Source: an uncultured Clostridia bacterium (lineage in GTDB: Bacteria; Bacillota; Clostridia; Lachnospirales; CAMVHY01). Taken from it: a stretch of DNA of 64,000 bases. The stretch lies in assembly GCA_947073045.1 (NCBI GenBank), contig CAMTJU010000003.1:14993-78992 (forward strand), read 5' to 3'. This document shows positions 20,882 to 30,053 of this stretch, one piece after another. The position numbers and the translations under genes are program-made. Numbering within the stretch: the stretch's first letter is position 1; each line of letters starts with the position of its first letter. A model generated the notes under the pieces. It was not told where the DNA came from. It saw only the letters and a list, made by a program, of their open reading frames with translations, and ran no database searches.

Positions 20882-20917
20882 TTTTTATCATAGTTATCTT
20901 TAAAAGGCGATGGTGTA

Positions 20918-21373
20918 ATGTTTAAAAAAAAATTACTAGAAGATTACAAAGACGCCCTAAGAACTCGAAATCATCTTAAACGTGGTATTGTACAAGTTTT
21001 AAGAGCTGCAATAACATTTGAAGAAAAGTATAAAAAGCTCGAAGATGAAGATATTTTCCTCATAATAAAAAAAGAAATAAAGATACGCAAAGATGTCCTT
21101 CCCTATTATGAAAAAAATTACGATAAGTTTTATTCATTTACACTTCAATTGGAAATGGACATTTTAAATTCGTATCTGCCAGAAAAAATGACCGAAAATC
21201 AAATAAATAGACTAATTGATGAAACTTTAAAAAATCTTAAACTAAATGATATAAAAGATATGAGAAAAGTTATAATATCAGTTTTAAATAAATCTAAAGG
21301 TCAAGCTGATATCAAAATGATAAGTGATTTAGTAAGAAAGCGATTAGAAAAAAATAATGACGTAGTTAATTAA
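20918..21373 (+). CDS. GatB/YqeY domain protein
   Basis: Conserved rpsU-yqeY pairing. YqeY-like helical sequence. Confidence 0.75.
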   Translation: MFKKKLLEDYKDALRTRNHLKRGIVQVLRAAITFEEKYKKLEDEDIFLIIKKEIKIRKDVLPYYEKNYDKFYSFTLQLEMDILNSYLPEKMTENQINRLIDETLKNLKLNDIKDMRKVIISVLNKSKGQADIKMISDLVRKRLEKNNDVVN

Positions 21374-21387
21374 TTTAATGAACGGCA

Positions 21388-21420
21388 CAAAAAAAATGAT
21401 CATTCGATCATTTTTTTTTA
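21388..21420. terminator. bidirectional terminator between yqeY and ypeB
   Basis: Stem atgatc/gatcat flanked by A8 and T9. Confidence 0.6.
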
Positions 21421-22773
21421 TTATTCTGATAAAGTTCCTCTCTCGTTTACAACCAATCGATAAATTTTTTCAAACTTGCCGCTGTTTGTATTGACATAAA
21501 TCATAAATTCATTTGCGTGAAACATGCCATTAATTTCGTAGCACGAAACTTCTTTTTTAGAATCGAGAGGTATTATGCATTGCTTAATGCTTTTTATTTC
21601 AAAATCTGGTGGTATTAATTCTAAAGCTGCGGCTTGTGAAAGCGAAGGTATTTCTGCCTCCCTTTCGCAATGCATAGTTAAATAACCTAATGTTTCAAAT
21701 CCGGCAATTTTTCCTGTTGCCAGATTTATTTTTACTTTTATTAAATCTGGGTACATTATCACATTTTCTATAAATGGAGCAAAATTTATTGTCAAGAAAT
21801 TTTCAAATTGCTCATAGTAACTTTCTTTCATATCCGTAAAATTGTTTTCATTCAAGAAATTCTTTGCAATTTTTATTGCCTCATAATTACTAATTTTATT
21901 ATCAGAAATATTTTTGGGCGGCTCACTTATCATTAATAATGGATAACCGCCTTTTTTGGTTACCTCTAAATAAATTTGACCATCATCATTATTTTTAGCT
22001 AAATAGCTGTATGTCACCATTGATTTTTTTGTAGTTGTCTCACCGCTATACTCAATATTTTTTATATCTAAATCGGACAATATTTTTTTAGCTATTTCAA
22101 GTCCTTCACTTTTTGTAATTTCGGTTTTTCCTTCAAGCATTTTGGGAGCTATATTTTGAATATGGTCAGAGAATGGTCCATCGTAAATCAATTCCCCATA
22201 ATCTTGAAACTGCTTGCTTACATTTTGCATTGACCCAGATAAAACATATGCACTACCTGATAAATTTTCATCCATCAATTTGTCCCAATCTATTTTTTCG
22301 TATACATTCGAACTTGTAAGAATATCTTCCATTTCTTGACTTAAATCTTTTGCGTATTTTTGTAAGTCATTTAATGTTTTCCACTCTTCTTGCGTTAATT
22401 CTTTATTGTCTATAGATTTGTTCATCATTGCGTATGAAAAATCACTCGTCTGCGATAAATATTTAAGTACTTTTGAAATAAGTTGATAATTATACGGCAA
22501 GGTAGATAAATTATCATGTGCAGCTGATGCTGAGCGCCAAATTTGTGCAAATACATTTATATTTTGATTTGGAAGTTGTGTAAGCTGAACTTTCGAAAGC
22601 AAATTTTCTACGTCATGCAAATAATTTACTGTTTCATAAAATGAACGCTCGTAGCTATTTTCTAAAAATTGTTTATGGCTTGCTATTAGCTTTGATTTAT
22701 TATTCAACGTAACAAATGTCAAACAAAGAATAGCAGATAAAAATATCATTAAAAATTTAAAACGATTTTGCAA
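21421..22773 (-). CDS. ypeB: germination protein YpeB
   Basis: N-terminal TM, about 450 aa, C-terminal PepSY-like repeats. Immediately downstream of sleB. Confidence 0.7.
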   Translation of the reverse strand: MQNRFKFLMIFLSAILCLTFVTLNNKSKLIASHKQFLENSYERSFYETVNYLHDVENLLSKVQLTQLPNQNINVFAQIWRSASAAHDNLSTLPYNYQLISKVLKYLSQTSDFSYAMMNKSIDNKELTQEEWKTLNDLQKYAKDLSQEMEDILTSSNVYEKIDWDKLMDENLSGSAYVLSGSMQNVSKQFQDYGELIYDGPFSDHIQNIAPKMLEGKTEITKSEGLEIAKKILSDLDIKNIEYSGETTTKKSMVTYSYLAKNNDDGQIYLEVTKKGGYPLLMISEPPKNISDNKISNYEAIKIAKNFLNENNFTDMKESYYEQFENFLTINFAPFIENVIMYPDLIKVKINLATGKIAGFETLGYLTMHCEREAEIPSLSQAAALELIPPDFEIKSIKQCIIPLDSKKEVSCYEINGMFHANEFMIYVNTNSGKFEKIYRLVVNERGTLSE

Positions 22774-22796
22774 AATATTCTCCTCCTATTTAATTT

Positions 22797-23498
22797 TTAT
22801 GCACTGATTGCAAATGCATGATTGCCTATTATAGTTGTTATTGGCAAACTTAGCATCCATTTGTTTGTTGCAGTTTTTGGATTCCAATAATAAATTGCGC
22901 CATTTGTCGGATCCCATCCATTCATTGCATCACGTGCCGCATTTAAACACGATGTCGATGGAGTTAGATTAATCTGTCCATCTGCAACAGCTTCGAATTG
23001 CCCGGATTGATAAATCACTCCAGAAATTGTATTAGGGAAACTTGCATGCCTTACTCTATTTAAAACTACGGCACCTACTGCAACTTGGCCTGTGTACGAT
23101 TCACCGCGTGCTTCTCCATTTATTAGTGAAGCTAACAACCAAACATTATTTTCGTGATTAGACGAATCATTTGAATTTGATGAACCACTTGTATTTGATG
23201 ATTCAAAAATTCCGAGAGCTTCTAAAGTTTGTTTGCCGACAATTCCGTCAACAAGCAAATTATTTTTTTGCTGAAATTTTATGACTGCATTATAAGTTTG
23301 CGATCCAAAAATTCCATCTACACTTCCGTTTAAATATCCCCATCGTTTTAACTTGTCTTGAATAATACGTACGGTTTCGCCTGTAGAACCCCAACTATAA
23401 GTAGCTGCATTGACGTTATTGTATTTTCTATACTGTATAAAAAAAGTAGTTGAGAATGCAAAAATTATTGCAAGCAGAATAAAAAACATTTTTTTCAT
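22797..23498 (-). CDS. sleB: spore cortex-lytic enzyme SleB
   Basis: Signal peptide, PG_binding_1 repeat (GSTGETVRIIQDKLKRWGY), and Hydrolase_2 domain (ARGE.Y.GQVAVGAVVLNR). Confidence 0.8.
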   Translation of the reverse strand: MKKMFFILLAIIFAFSTTFFIQYRKYNNVNAATYSWGSTGETVRIIQDKLKRWGYLNGSVDGIFGSQTYNAVIKFQQKNNLLVDGIVGKQTLEALGIFESSNTSGSSNSNDSSNHENNVWLLASLINGEARGESYTGQVAVGAVVLNRVRHASFPNTISGVIYQSGQFEAVADGQINLTPSTSCLNAARDAMNGWDPTNGAIYYWNPKTATNKWMLSLPITTIIGNHAFAISA

Positions 23499-24211
23499 AA
23501 AATCGCCCCTTTTGCAGAATTTTTAGCTGATTTGTTTTTCATCTCGAATTTTTGCCACGCTTCTACTATTTTAAATTTGACTTTGACAGATAAATTTTTT
23601 TCATTCTCACAGTTAACAATTTTAAATTCCTCATTGGTTAATGCATCTTTTAAATCCTGTTTTAAATTGTCTGGTATAGTTTTTTTTGTTACGTCGACAA
23701 AACACAATGGCGGAAACATTACGCACCACCAATTATGCCCCTGCCCTTTGCCAATAATTATTTTTAATGATTCATAATTACCTGATGGCAATGTTAAATC
23801 AGCATATTTTTTTGTAGGAAAATTATCATTGCTCAATGAAACTTTAACGTCATAATCGTATCCATTATCAACAACAGTGCGCAAAGCTATTTGTTTTATT
23901 TGCTCTAGGTTGTCATTTAAAATTTTTCTTGTCTGGGATTTGTTTTTTGCATTATTTAATTTCGTACTCATATTTTTTAAAACTTCATCACGAACTTTTA
24001 ATTTCAATGCCTGATCGAAATTTGTATCGCTGTTTGCAAGAACATGCAATCTTATAACTTCATTTGCTATATCATTTTGTATTTTATCTGAGTAATCTTT
24101 ACCCCAAATACAAAAATTAGCCGTAAATACTAATCCAAAAATTAGTGAGAAACAAAAAATTTTCTTATTAGTGCCCAAAATTTTCAATATAAAATGTTCC
24201 CACCTTTGCAT
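23495..24211 (-). CDS. spoIIR: stage II sporulation protein R
   Basis: VIRLHVLANSD....Q.LKL.VRD and the NWWCVMFPPLCF motif. Its stop overlaps the sleB start (ATGA). Confidence 0.78.
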   Translation of the reverse strand: MQRWEHFILKILGTNKKIFCFSLIFGLVFTANFCIWGKDYSDKIQNDIANEVIRLHVLANSDTNFDQALKLKVRDEVLKNMSTKLNNAKNKSQTRKILNDNLEQIKQIALRTVVDNGYDYDVKVSLSNDNFPTKKYADLTLPSGNYESLKIIIGKGQGHNWWCVMFPPLCFVDVTKKTIPDNLKQDLKDALTNEEFKIVNCENEKNLSVKVKFKIVEAWQKFEMKNKSAKNSAKGAIL

Positions 24212-24239
24212 ATTTATCCCTCCTATTTAATTTTTTTGG

Positions 24240-24269
24240 TATTATTGCCAAAAATTATCTTGTATATAC
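24240..24269 (-). promoter_or_regulatory. candidate forespore (sigma-F/G-type) promoter of spoIIR
   Basis: Minus strand GTATA, 15 nt, GGCAATAATA. This resembles the B. subtilis-derived sigma-F pattern (GCATR-15-GG..A.A.T.) and lies about 28 nt upstream of the ATG. Confidence 0.35.
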
Positions 24270-24320
24270 CAAAATAAATTTAGAAGTTTTTTTTGCAAAG
24301 ATTAAAGGAATACTAACTCA

Positions 24321-24349
24321 TTGATAAATAAATTTTTTTTAAGTATAAT
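24321..24349 (+). promoter_or_regulatory. sigma-A promoter of ssrA
   Basis: TTGATA, 17 nt, TATAAT, ending 10 nt before the tmRNA 5' end. Confidence 0.65.
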
Positions 24350-24359
24350 TAAAGAGTAT

Positions 24360-24699
24360 GGGGGTGTAAAGGTTTCGACGGGAATTTTGAACCATAATAA
24401 GCCATTCGTTTGATTCGCGTTAAGAATCAAATTTTATAAATAATAATTGACACAGAAAATTTAGCAATGGCTGCCTAGGCAGCCCGTCATTTTGAAAATT
24501 TCCTGTGGTTTTCAATTTTGGCGTCGACTACACAGGTAATATTTTTATGAAAGCTTTGACATAAAAATATAATTTATGAAGCTACCAAAAATTAAGTGTG
24601 TTGTTTCACGTAATTTAAGGGAATATAAATAAACAACTGTAATGGGAGAAAGTTATGGCTAAAAATTTTCGGACAGGGGTTCGATTCCCCTCATCTCCA
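24360..24699 (+). ncRNA. ssrA: tmRNA (SsrA)
   Basis: 5' GGGGGTGTAAAGGTTTCGACGGG and 3' GGACAGGGGTTCGATTCCCCTCATCTCCA. Acceptor stem with a G3-U pair. CCA is not encoded. Tag ORF ends ...GAC ACA GAA AAT TTA GCA ATG GCT GCC TAG (24449-24478), with the stop in the loop of a GGCTGCC/GGCAGCC helix. Confidence 0.92.
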
Positions 24700-24729
24700 T
24701 TTTTTTTATAAACTTATTAATTCCAATTT

Positions 24730-24759
24730 GAATGTGCTTTGTGACACATTCTTTTTTTT
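24730..24759 (+). terminator. rho-independent terminator after ssrA
   Basis: Stem gaatgtg/cacattc then T8. Confidence 0.7.
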
Positions 24760-24794
24760 GTAATAGACCACAGATTTTGAAAGGAGATATAAAA

Positions 24795-26180
24795 ATGAAA
24801 ATATATAACACACTGACACGCAAAAAAGAAATTTTTAAACCGATTGAGGAAAATAAAGTTTTAATGTATGTATGTGGACCAACTGTTTACGATTATTTGC
24901 ATATTGGAAATGCAAGACCATACGTTGTTTTTGATACTGTTCGCAGATATTTGGAATACAAAAGATTTGAAGTTAAGTACGTACAAAATTTCACCGACAT
25001 AGATGATAAAATAATTGCGCGCGCAAATAAAGAAAATAAATCTACAAACGAGATTGCGGAAAAATTTATAGGTGAAGCACTAAAGGATGCGGAGAATTTA
25101 AACATAAAACCATCAATAAACCCAAGAGCAACTTTTGTAATTGACGAGATGATTGAATTAATCAAAAGGCTAATTGAAAAAGGATATGCATACGAAAAAG
25201 ACGGTACAGTTTATTTTGATACCGTCAAAGATAAAAATTATGGCAAGCTCTCCGGAAAGAATATAGAAGATTTAATTGCCGGCAATAGAATTTTGCAAGA
25301 TGAAAACAAAAAAAATCCTACAGATTTTGTATTATGGAAGCCATATAAAATTGGCGAACCAAAATGGGAATCACCATGGGGATTAGGAAGGCCAGGCTGG
25401 CATACAGAATGTTGCGCAATAGTAAAAAAATATTTAGGTGACACAATAGACATTCATGCTGGCGGCGAAGATTTAATATTTCCGCATCACGAAAATGAAA
25501 TTGCACAAAGCGAAGCATGTAGCGGAAAAAAAATTGCAAACTACTGGCTCCACAACGGTTTTATAAATGTGGACAATGAGAAGATGTCAAAATCGAAAGG
25601 AAATTTTTTTACAATCCGCCAAATTGCAGAAAAATTTTCGTATGAGACAATTCGATTTTTTATTTTAAGTGTACATTATCGCAATCCAATAAATTTTTCA
25701 GATGAACAACTCGAAGTTGCAAAAGTTTCACTCGAACGAATAAAAACATGTTTGTTCAATATAAACTTTATGCTTGAAAAATTAAATGGCGAAGAAAAAG
25801 AAAAAGAAGATTTATATGCACAATGCGATAAATACGTAAAATTATTTGAAGAAAATATGGATGATGACTTTAACAGTGCCGGTGCAATTGGTGTGATTTT
25901 TGACCTTGTGCGCTTTGCCAACACTAATGTAAATGATAATTCATCAAAAAAATTTGCCTCATATGTTATGAATAAAATTATAAATCTGTGCGATATTCTT
26001 GGATTAAAATTTAATTTTGAAAAAAATTCAAACTATGTTATAATAAAATTAGTAAGAAAACGCACTGAAGCTAAAAAAAATAAAAATTGGGTTTTGGCCG
26101 ATCAAATCCGAAATGAATTATTGGATATGGGAATCGTTTTAGAAGATACGCCAAATGGTACACGCTGGTTTTACAAGTAA
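24795..26180 (+). CDS. cysS: cysteine--tRNA ligase
   Basis: HIGNARP (HIGH) and KMSKS motifs. ATG 24795 follows AAGGAG. Confidence 0.93.
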   Translation: MKIYNTLTRKKEIFKPIEENKVLMYVCGPTVYDYLHIGNARPYVVFDTVRRYLEYKRFEVKYVQNFTDIDDKIIARANKENKSTNEIAEKFIGEALKDAENLNIKPSINPRATFVIDEMIELIKRLIEKGYAYEKDGTVYFDTVKDKNYGKLSGKNIEDLIAGNRILQDENKKNPTDFVLWKPYKIGEPKWESPWGLGRPGWHTECCAIVKKYLGDTIDIHAGGEDLIFPHHENEIAQSEACSGKKIANYWLHNGFINVDNEKMSKSKGNFFTIRQIAEKFSYETIRFFILSVHYRNPINFSDEQLEVAKVSLERIKTCLFNINFMLEKLNGEEKEKEDLYAQCDKYVKLFEENMDDDFNSAGAIGVIFDLVRFANTNVNDNSSKKFASYVMNKIINLCDILGLKFNFEKNSNYVIIKLVRKRTEAKKNKNWVLADQIRNELLDMGIVLEDTPNGTRWFYK

Positions 26181-26205
26181 ATGTGTAAATCTGGAGGTGA
26201 TTTTT

Positions 26206-29172
26206 ATGAGTGAACAAACAAATCAAGAAATAAATTATTATGAATTAGTGCAAAGAAGAAAAGAACTTCTCATGATTTATAATTATGAACCTGTTTCTTT
26301 TACTCAAGAAAATGAGATTGAATTACAAAAAATCGATGCACAGATTAAAAAAGCTGAATGGCTTTTGATGCAAGCAATGTTTAGGATACAGGAATGTTTT
26401 CCATTATCGGATGATATAAAAAATAATGATTTTAAAATTACAGTCAATATATTTAATTTAGTATTTTTAAAACCATCTCCAGAAAAATTTCAAAAAATAA
26501 ATCACATTTTAAATAAAAAAAATGTGATCGATATGCAAAAAGAACTAATTAAATTTTATATGCAATCTGATGACTTCTTTGAGAAAAATTCAACATTGTG
26601 TACTTTTATTTCTAACTTTCTTGGCGAAAAATATAATTTATCTAATGATACAGACAATTTTGTTAGTGTATTTCGCTCATTATACAAAAGAAATATTAAT
26701 GATAATGATATAGATAATTTCTTGTGTGAACAAATAGAATTATCTGATGAACAAAAATCATTATTAAAAATATTTTTTGTAAATTATAATCAATATATAA
26801 AAAATAAAATCAGCCAAATAAATTACACACATAATTGTCTTCCACAATCAACTCAAGGACATAATTATTTTACAAATCAACCTGGAATTTTTTTAGACGA
26901 TCATTCACGTAATTATGGTGTTAATGTATCAGAACTAAGTGAATTGAAAAATCAACCTAAAATTTCTAAAGACGAGTGGATAAAATCCCGTCCCACAAAT
27001 TCATTTGAATCTATGGAGATAAGTGCAGACAATAACCCAATATTTATTCAAAACTATTTATTTGAACAACGGTATTATGTAGATAATAATTTTAGTTTTT
27101 TTGATTATCTAACTATTGATTGGGAAAATTTAGGCGACAATCAAAAATTCTCAAAAATATATAAAGTTACAACTTATCTAGAGTCAAGATATATTGCCAG
27201 TCATTTTGATAGCAAATTTTTTGATAGTCCGCACCAACCTAGTGAGCAAACTAGAAAGTTTTATATGCATATTTGGCGAAATAGTTCAAAACTTCTTCAA
27301 AATATTGCTCGTTATCGTTTAAATACAAATTCTAAAATATATACTGCAGCACAAGAAAAATTCCATTCAGAAGAATTCCAAAACTATATACTTGAACATC
27401 CAGATCAAACTAATGATTTAATTTTTGCTTTTTCTTTTTTGCCAAATAAATTTGCTCAATCACAAAACTACGATGAATTAATACAACAAACTCAATCATC
27501 CAAATATTACTCCTTAATTATGTTAATAGATAAATTAATACACAAACCAGAGTTTTATATAAAAAAAGGTGGTAATGAAGAAATCATTTTTAGTACATTA
27601 GTAAATTCTATTCTCTCAATCGATCCTACAAAAAAAATCAATAAAATTGATGATATTTTGTTAAACAATAAACTATTAGTCGAAATATCTTTTAAATGTA
27701 TAAATGATGATAACGAAAAATTTATTTTTATGGCCATTAATAATCTAAATCGATATCCAAATTTTGCTGCTAATAATTTACCTTATCACACAAAAATTCT
27801 TTGTTTAGCAACAATATTTTGTATAAAAAGAGATGATAATATCGATGTTCCACCTGAAACTTTTATTGAAGATCCTTTTTTATTTAAGTTATTATCTGAA
27901 GTTGATAATTCTGAGGTTTTGAGGCGCGCTTATCTTATGTCAAAACGACTAGATGATTTAGGGCTTTCAGAATTAAAAAATCGAATTTCGTTCGATGATT
28001 TTGAATTTTTATACATTAATGGTATTAATTTATATAACTTGGGTGATCAAAAACTTGATCTTTTGCTAAAAGAATTTTCGTATTCTAATTTTACGTTAAA
28101 AGAACTAGCTGAACGTAATTTAGGAAGTTCTGCAGAACAAAAACTTTTTGCGAAACCTTTTGTTGATGATATTAAAAGAAATCAAAAAAATTTATCTCTT
28201 GCTACAAAACCAATTTATTTATTAATATCTAATGCAATACCCAAAGATCAAGCAATACCTGAAAATTTACTTTCAACACTTGAATCATTAGAACAAAAAG
28301 ATTTAAAATCACTCGCTGACATTCTTCGCAATTCACCCAATGAACTTAAAAATTTATGTTCTGGAATATGTCAAGCAGAAAATCTACAAGAGTATATCTC
28401 AAATTTTATAAACGAAAAAATAAGTACTGTAGCTCCTATTTTCAAAAATCCATTTGACAAACTAGATTTATTAGAAAATTATTCTGATGCTCAAAGACAA
28501 GCTTTCTGCAATTTTGCATACCAAAATTTAGAATATGCACAAGAATTTTCGCAATTAACTTATACAAAAAAACGTGAATTTATTTTAATGTGCTCCACAG
28601 TAAAAAAACATTATTTTAAAAAAGATTCATTACATATTGTTTCAACTGAACATATGTCTATTTTATATAGATATTTTCAAGCCGTGCAAACTCTTGACAT
28701 GCCAAATAACACAAAATATGAAATGATTATGAACATACGCTATTTATTTTTCACAACAGATTGCCAAAAAATTGATCCAGATATTTTTACAACATTAATT
28801 TTTAAAGATGGGGCAATAGATTTACTGGTAAAAGATAAAAAAGCAAGAGATTCATTTATTAAATCACCTAATGTATTTTTATCTGACTACAAAAATATGT
28901 TTAATCAAGAGAAACAAAATAATTTTCACAATAAGATACGTTTATCTGAGTTTGCTACTCAATTTGCTCAAAATAGTAGTAATCTAAATGCATTCTTACC
29001 ATCCTTAAATTCAAACGAAAAAAATCAGTTTGCAAAATATTATATCTTAGCTGGCGGCGATATTAATAGTTTGCCCGAAGAAATTCGAAATTTAGACATA
29101 ACAAAGCAACTTTTAAATGTGAGAAAAAGTCAGGAAAAATATGTTTCTCATTCAATTGATGTTGAACGTTAA
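26206..29172 (+). CDS. 988-aa hypothetical cytoplasmic protein (orphan)
   Basis: Uninterrupted ORF in AT-rich DNA. GGAGGTG SD 7 nt before ATG 26206. Strong terminator downstream. No signal peptide, TM or catalytic motif recognised. Confidence 0.7.
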   Translation: MSEQTNQEINYYELVQRRKELLMIYNYEPVSFTQENEIELQKIDAQIKKAEWLLMQAMFRIQECFPLSDDIKNNDFKITVNIFNLVFLKPSPEKFQKINHILNKKNVIDMQKELIKFYMQSDDFFEKNSTLCTFISNFLGEKYNLSNDTDNFVSVFRSLYKRNINDNDIDNFLCEQIELSDEQKSLLKIFFVNYNQYIKNKISQINYTHNCLPQSTQGHNYFTNQPGIFLDDHSRNYGVNVSELSELKNQPKISKDEWIKSRPTNSFESMEISADNNPIFIQNYLFEQRYYVDNNFSFFDYLTIDWENLGDNQKFSKIYKVTTYLESRYIASHFDSKFFDSPHQPSEQTRKFYMHIWRNSSKLLQNIARYRLNTNSKIYTAAQEKFHSEEFQNYILEHPDQTNDLIFAFSFLPNKFAQSQNYDELIQQTQSSKYYSLIMLIDKLIHKPEFYIKKGGNEEIIFSTLVNSILSIDPTKKINKIDDILLNNKLLVEISFKCINDDNEKFIFMAINNLNRYPNFAANNLPYHTKILCLATIFCIKRDDNIDVPPETFIEDPFLFKLLSEVDNSEVLRRAYLMSKRLDDLGLSELKNRISFDDFEFLYINGINLYNLGDQKLDLLLKEFSYSNFTLKELAERNLGSSAEQKLFAKPFVDDIKRNQKNLSLATKPIYLLISNAIPKDQAIPENLLSTLESLEQKDLKSLADILRNSPNELKNLCSGICQAENLQEYISNFINEKISTVAPIFKNPFDKLDLLENYSDAQRQAFCNFAYQNLEYAQEFSQLTYTKKREFILMCSTVKKHYFKKDSLHIVSTEHMSILYRYFQAVQTLDMPNNTKYEMIMNIRYLFFTTDCQKIDPDIFTTLIFKDGAIDLLVKDKKARDSFIKSPNVFLSDYKNMFNQEKQNNFHNKIRLSEFATQFAQNSSNLNAFLPSLNSNEKNQFAKYYILAGGDINSLPEEIRNLDITKQLLNVRKSQEKYVSHSIDVER

Positions 29173-29182
29173 AATTAAAAAA

Positions 29183-29217
29183 ACAAGCTCAAGTTTTAAA
29201 CTTGAGCTTGTTTTTTT
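29183..29217 (+). terminator. rho-independent terminator after the orphan gene
   Basis: 13-bp perfect stem acaagctcaagtt/aacttgagcttgt then T7. Confidence 0.9.
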
Positions 29218-29268
29218 GCGCGTAATAATAAAACATTTTTTTGGAGTTTTATTTTTTTCGTCGGGAAA

Positions 29269-29323
29269 ATAAATTAAATCAGATAAATTAAATCTTCCAA
29301 CACATTTGTTCGTGTGATATAAT
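29269..29323 (+). promoter_or_regulatory. promoter of the two-component operon with upstream direct repeats
   Basis: ATAAATTAAATC repeated at 29269-29280 and 29283-29294. These abut TTCCAA (-35), 17 nt, TATAAT (29318-29323, with TGTGA upstream). Confidence 0.4.
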
Positions 29324-29354
29324 TATCTTTAAGAATTTTGCCGGAGGTTTTGCA

Positions 29355-30053
29355 TTGGCTTATAAAATTTTAGTTGTAGATGATGAAAAATTAATTGTAA
29401 AGGGAATTAAATTTAGTCTTGAACAAGATAATATGAGTGTTGATACAGCATTTGATGGTGAAGAAGCTATAAACATGATAAAACAAAATAATTATGATTT
29501 GCTCGTGCTCGACTTAATGCTTCCAAAACTTGATGGACTTGAAGTTTGCCAAATGTGTCGTGAATTTTCCGATATCCCTATCATCATGCTTACTGCAAAA
29601 GGTGAAGACATGGATAAAATTATTGGTCTTGAATATGGAGCGGATGATTATTTAACAAAACCATTTAATATTCTGGAACTCAAGGCCAGAATAAAAGCGA
29701 TACTTCGCCGCAGTAAAAATATTCATTCGCAAACACTTGATAATAATAACAAAAATCGATTAAAGTTAAGAGAAATTGAAATTGATACTGAAAGCAAACG
29801 AGTTTTTGTAAACAACAAAGAAAAAAAGTTGACATCAAAAGAATTTATTTTGCTTGAAATTTTAATGAATAACCCAGAAAAAATTTATAGTCGCGAAAAT
29901 TTGTTAAAAATGGTTTGGGGCAATAATTATCCTGGGGACGAACGCACCGTTGATGTACATGTAAGAAGGCTTCGTGAAAAAATTGAGGCAAATCCTGGTG
30001 CACCTGAATATATTCAAACCAAATGGGGGATTGGTTACTATTTTAAAAAATAG
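29355..30053 (+). CDS. OmpR/PhoB-family response regulator
   Basis: Receiver domain (DD...D..LP..DG, K) plus winged-helix trans_reg_C (RTVDVHVRRLREKIE). TTG start after GGAGG. Confidence 0.9.
   Translation: MAYKILVVDDEKLIVKGIKFSLEQDNMSVDTAFDGEEAINMIKQNNYDLLVLDLMLPKLDGLEVCQMCREFSDIPIIMLTAKGEDMDKIIGLEYGADDYLTKPFNILELKARIKAILRRSKNIHSQTLDNNNKNRLKLREIEIDTESKRVFVNNKEKKLTSKEFILLEILMNNPEKIYSRENLLKMVWGNNYPGDERTVDVHVRRLREKIEANPGAPEYIQTKWGIGYYFKK

Noticed and set aside
24700-24794. Possible T-box or other leader upstream of cysS.
   Set aside because: Only about 95 nt are available, and about 30 nt of that is the ssrA terminator. No specifier-loop or T-box consensus is visible.
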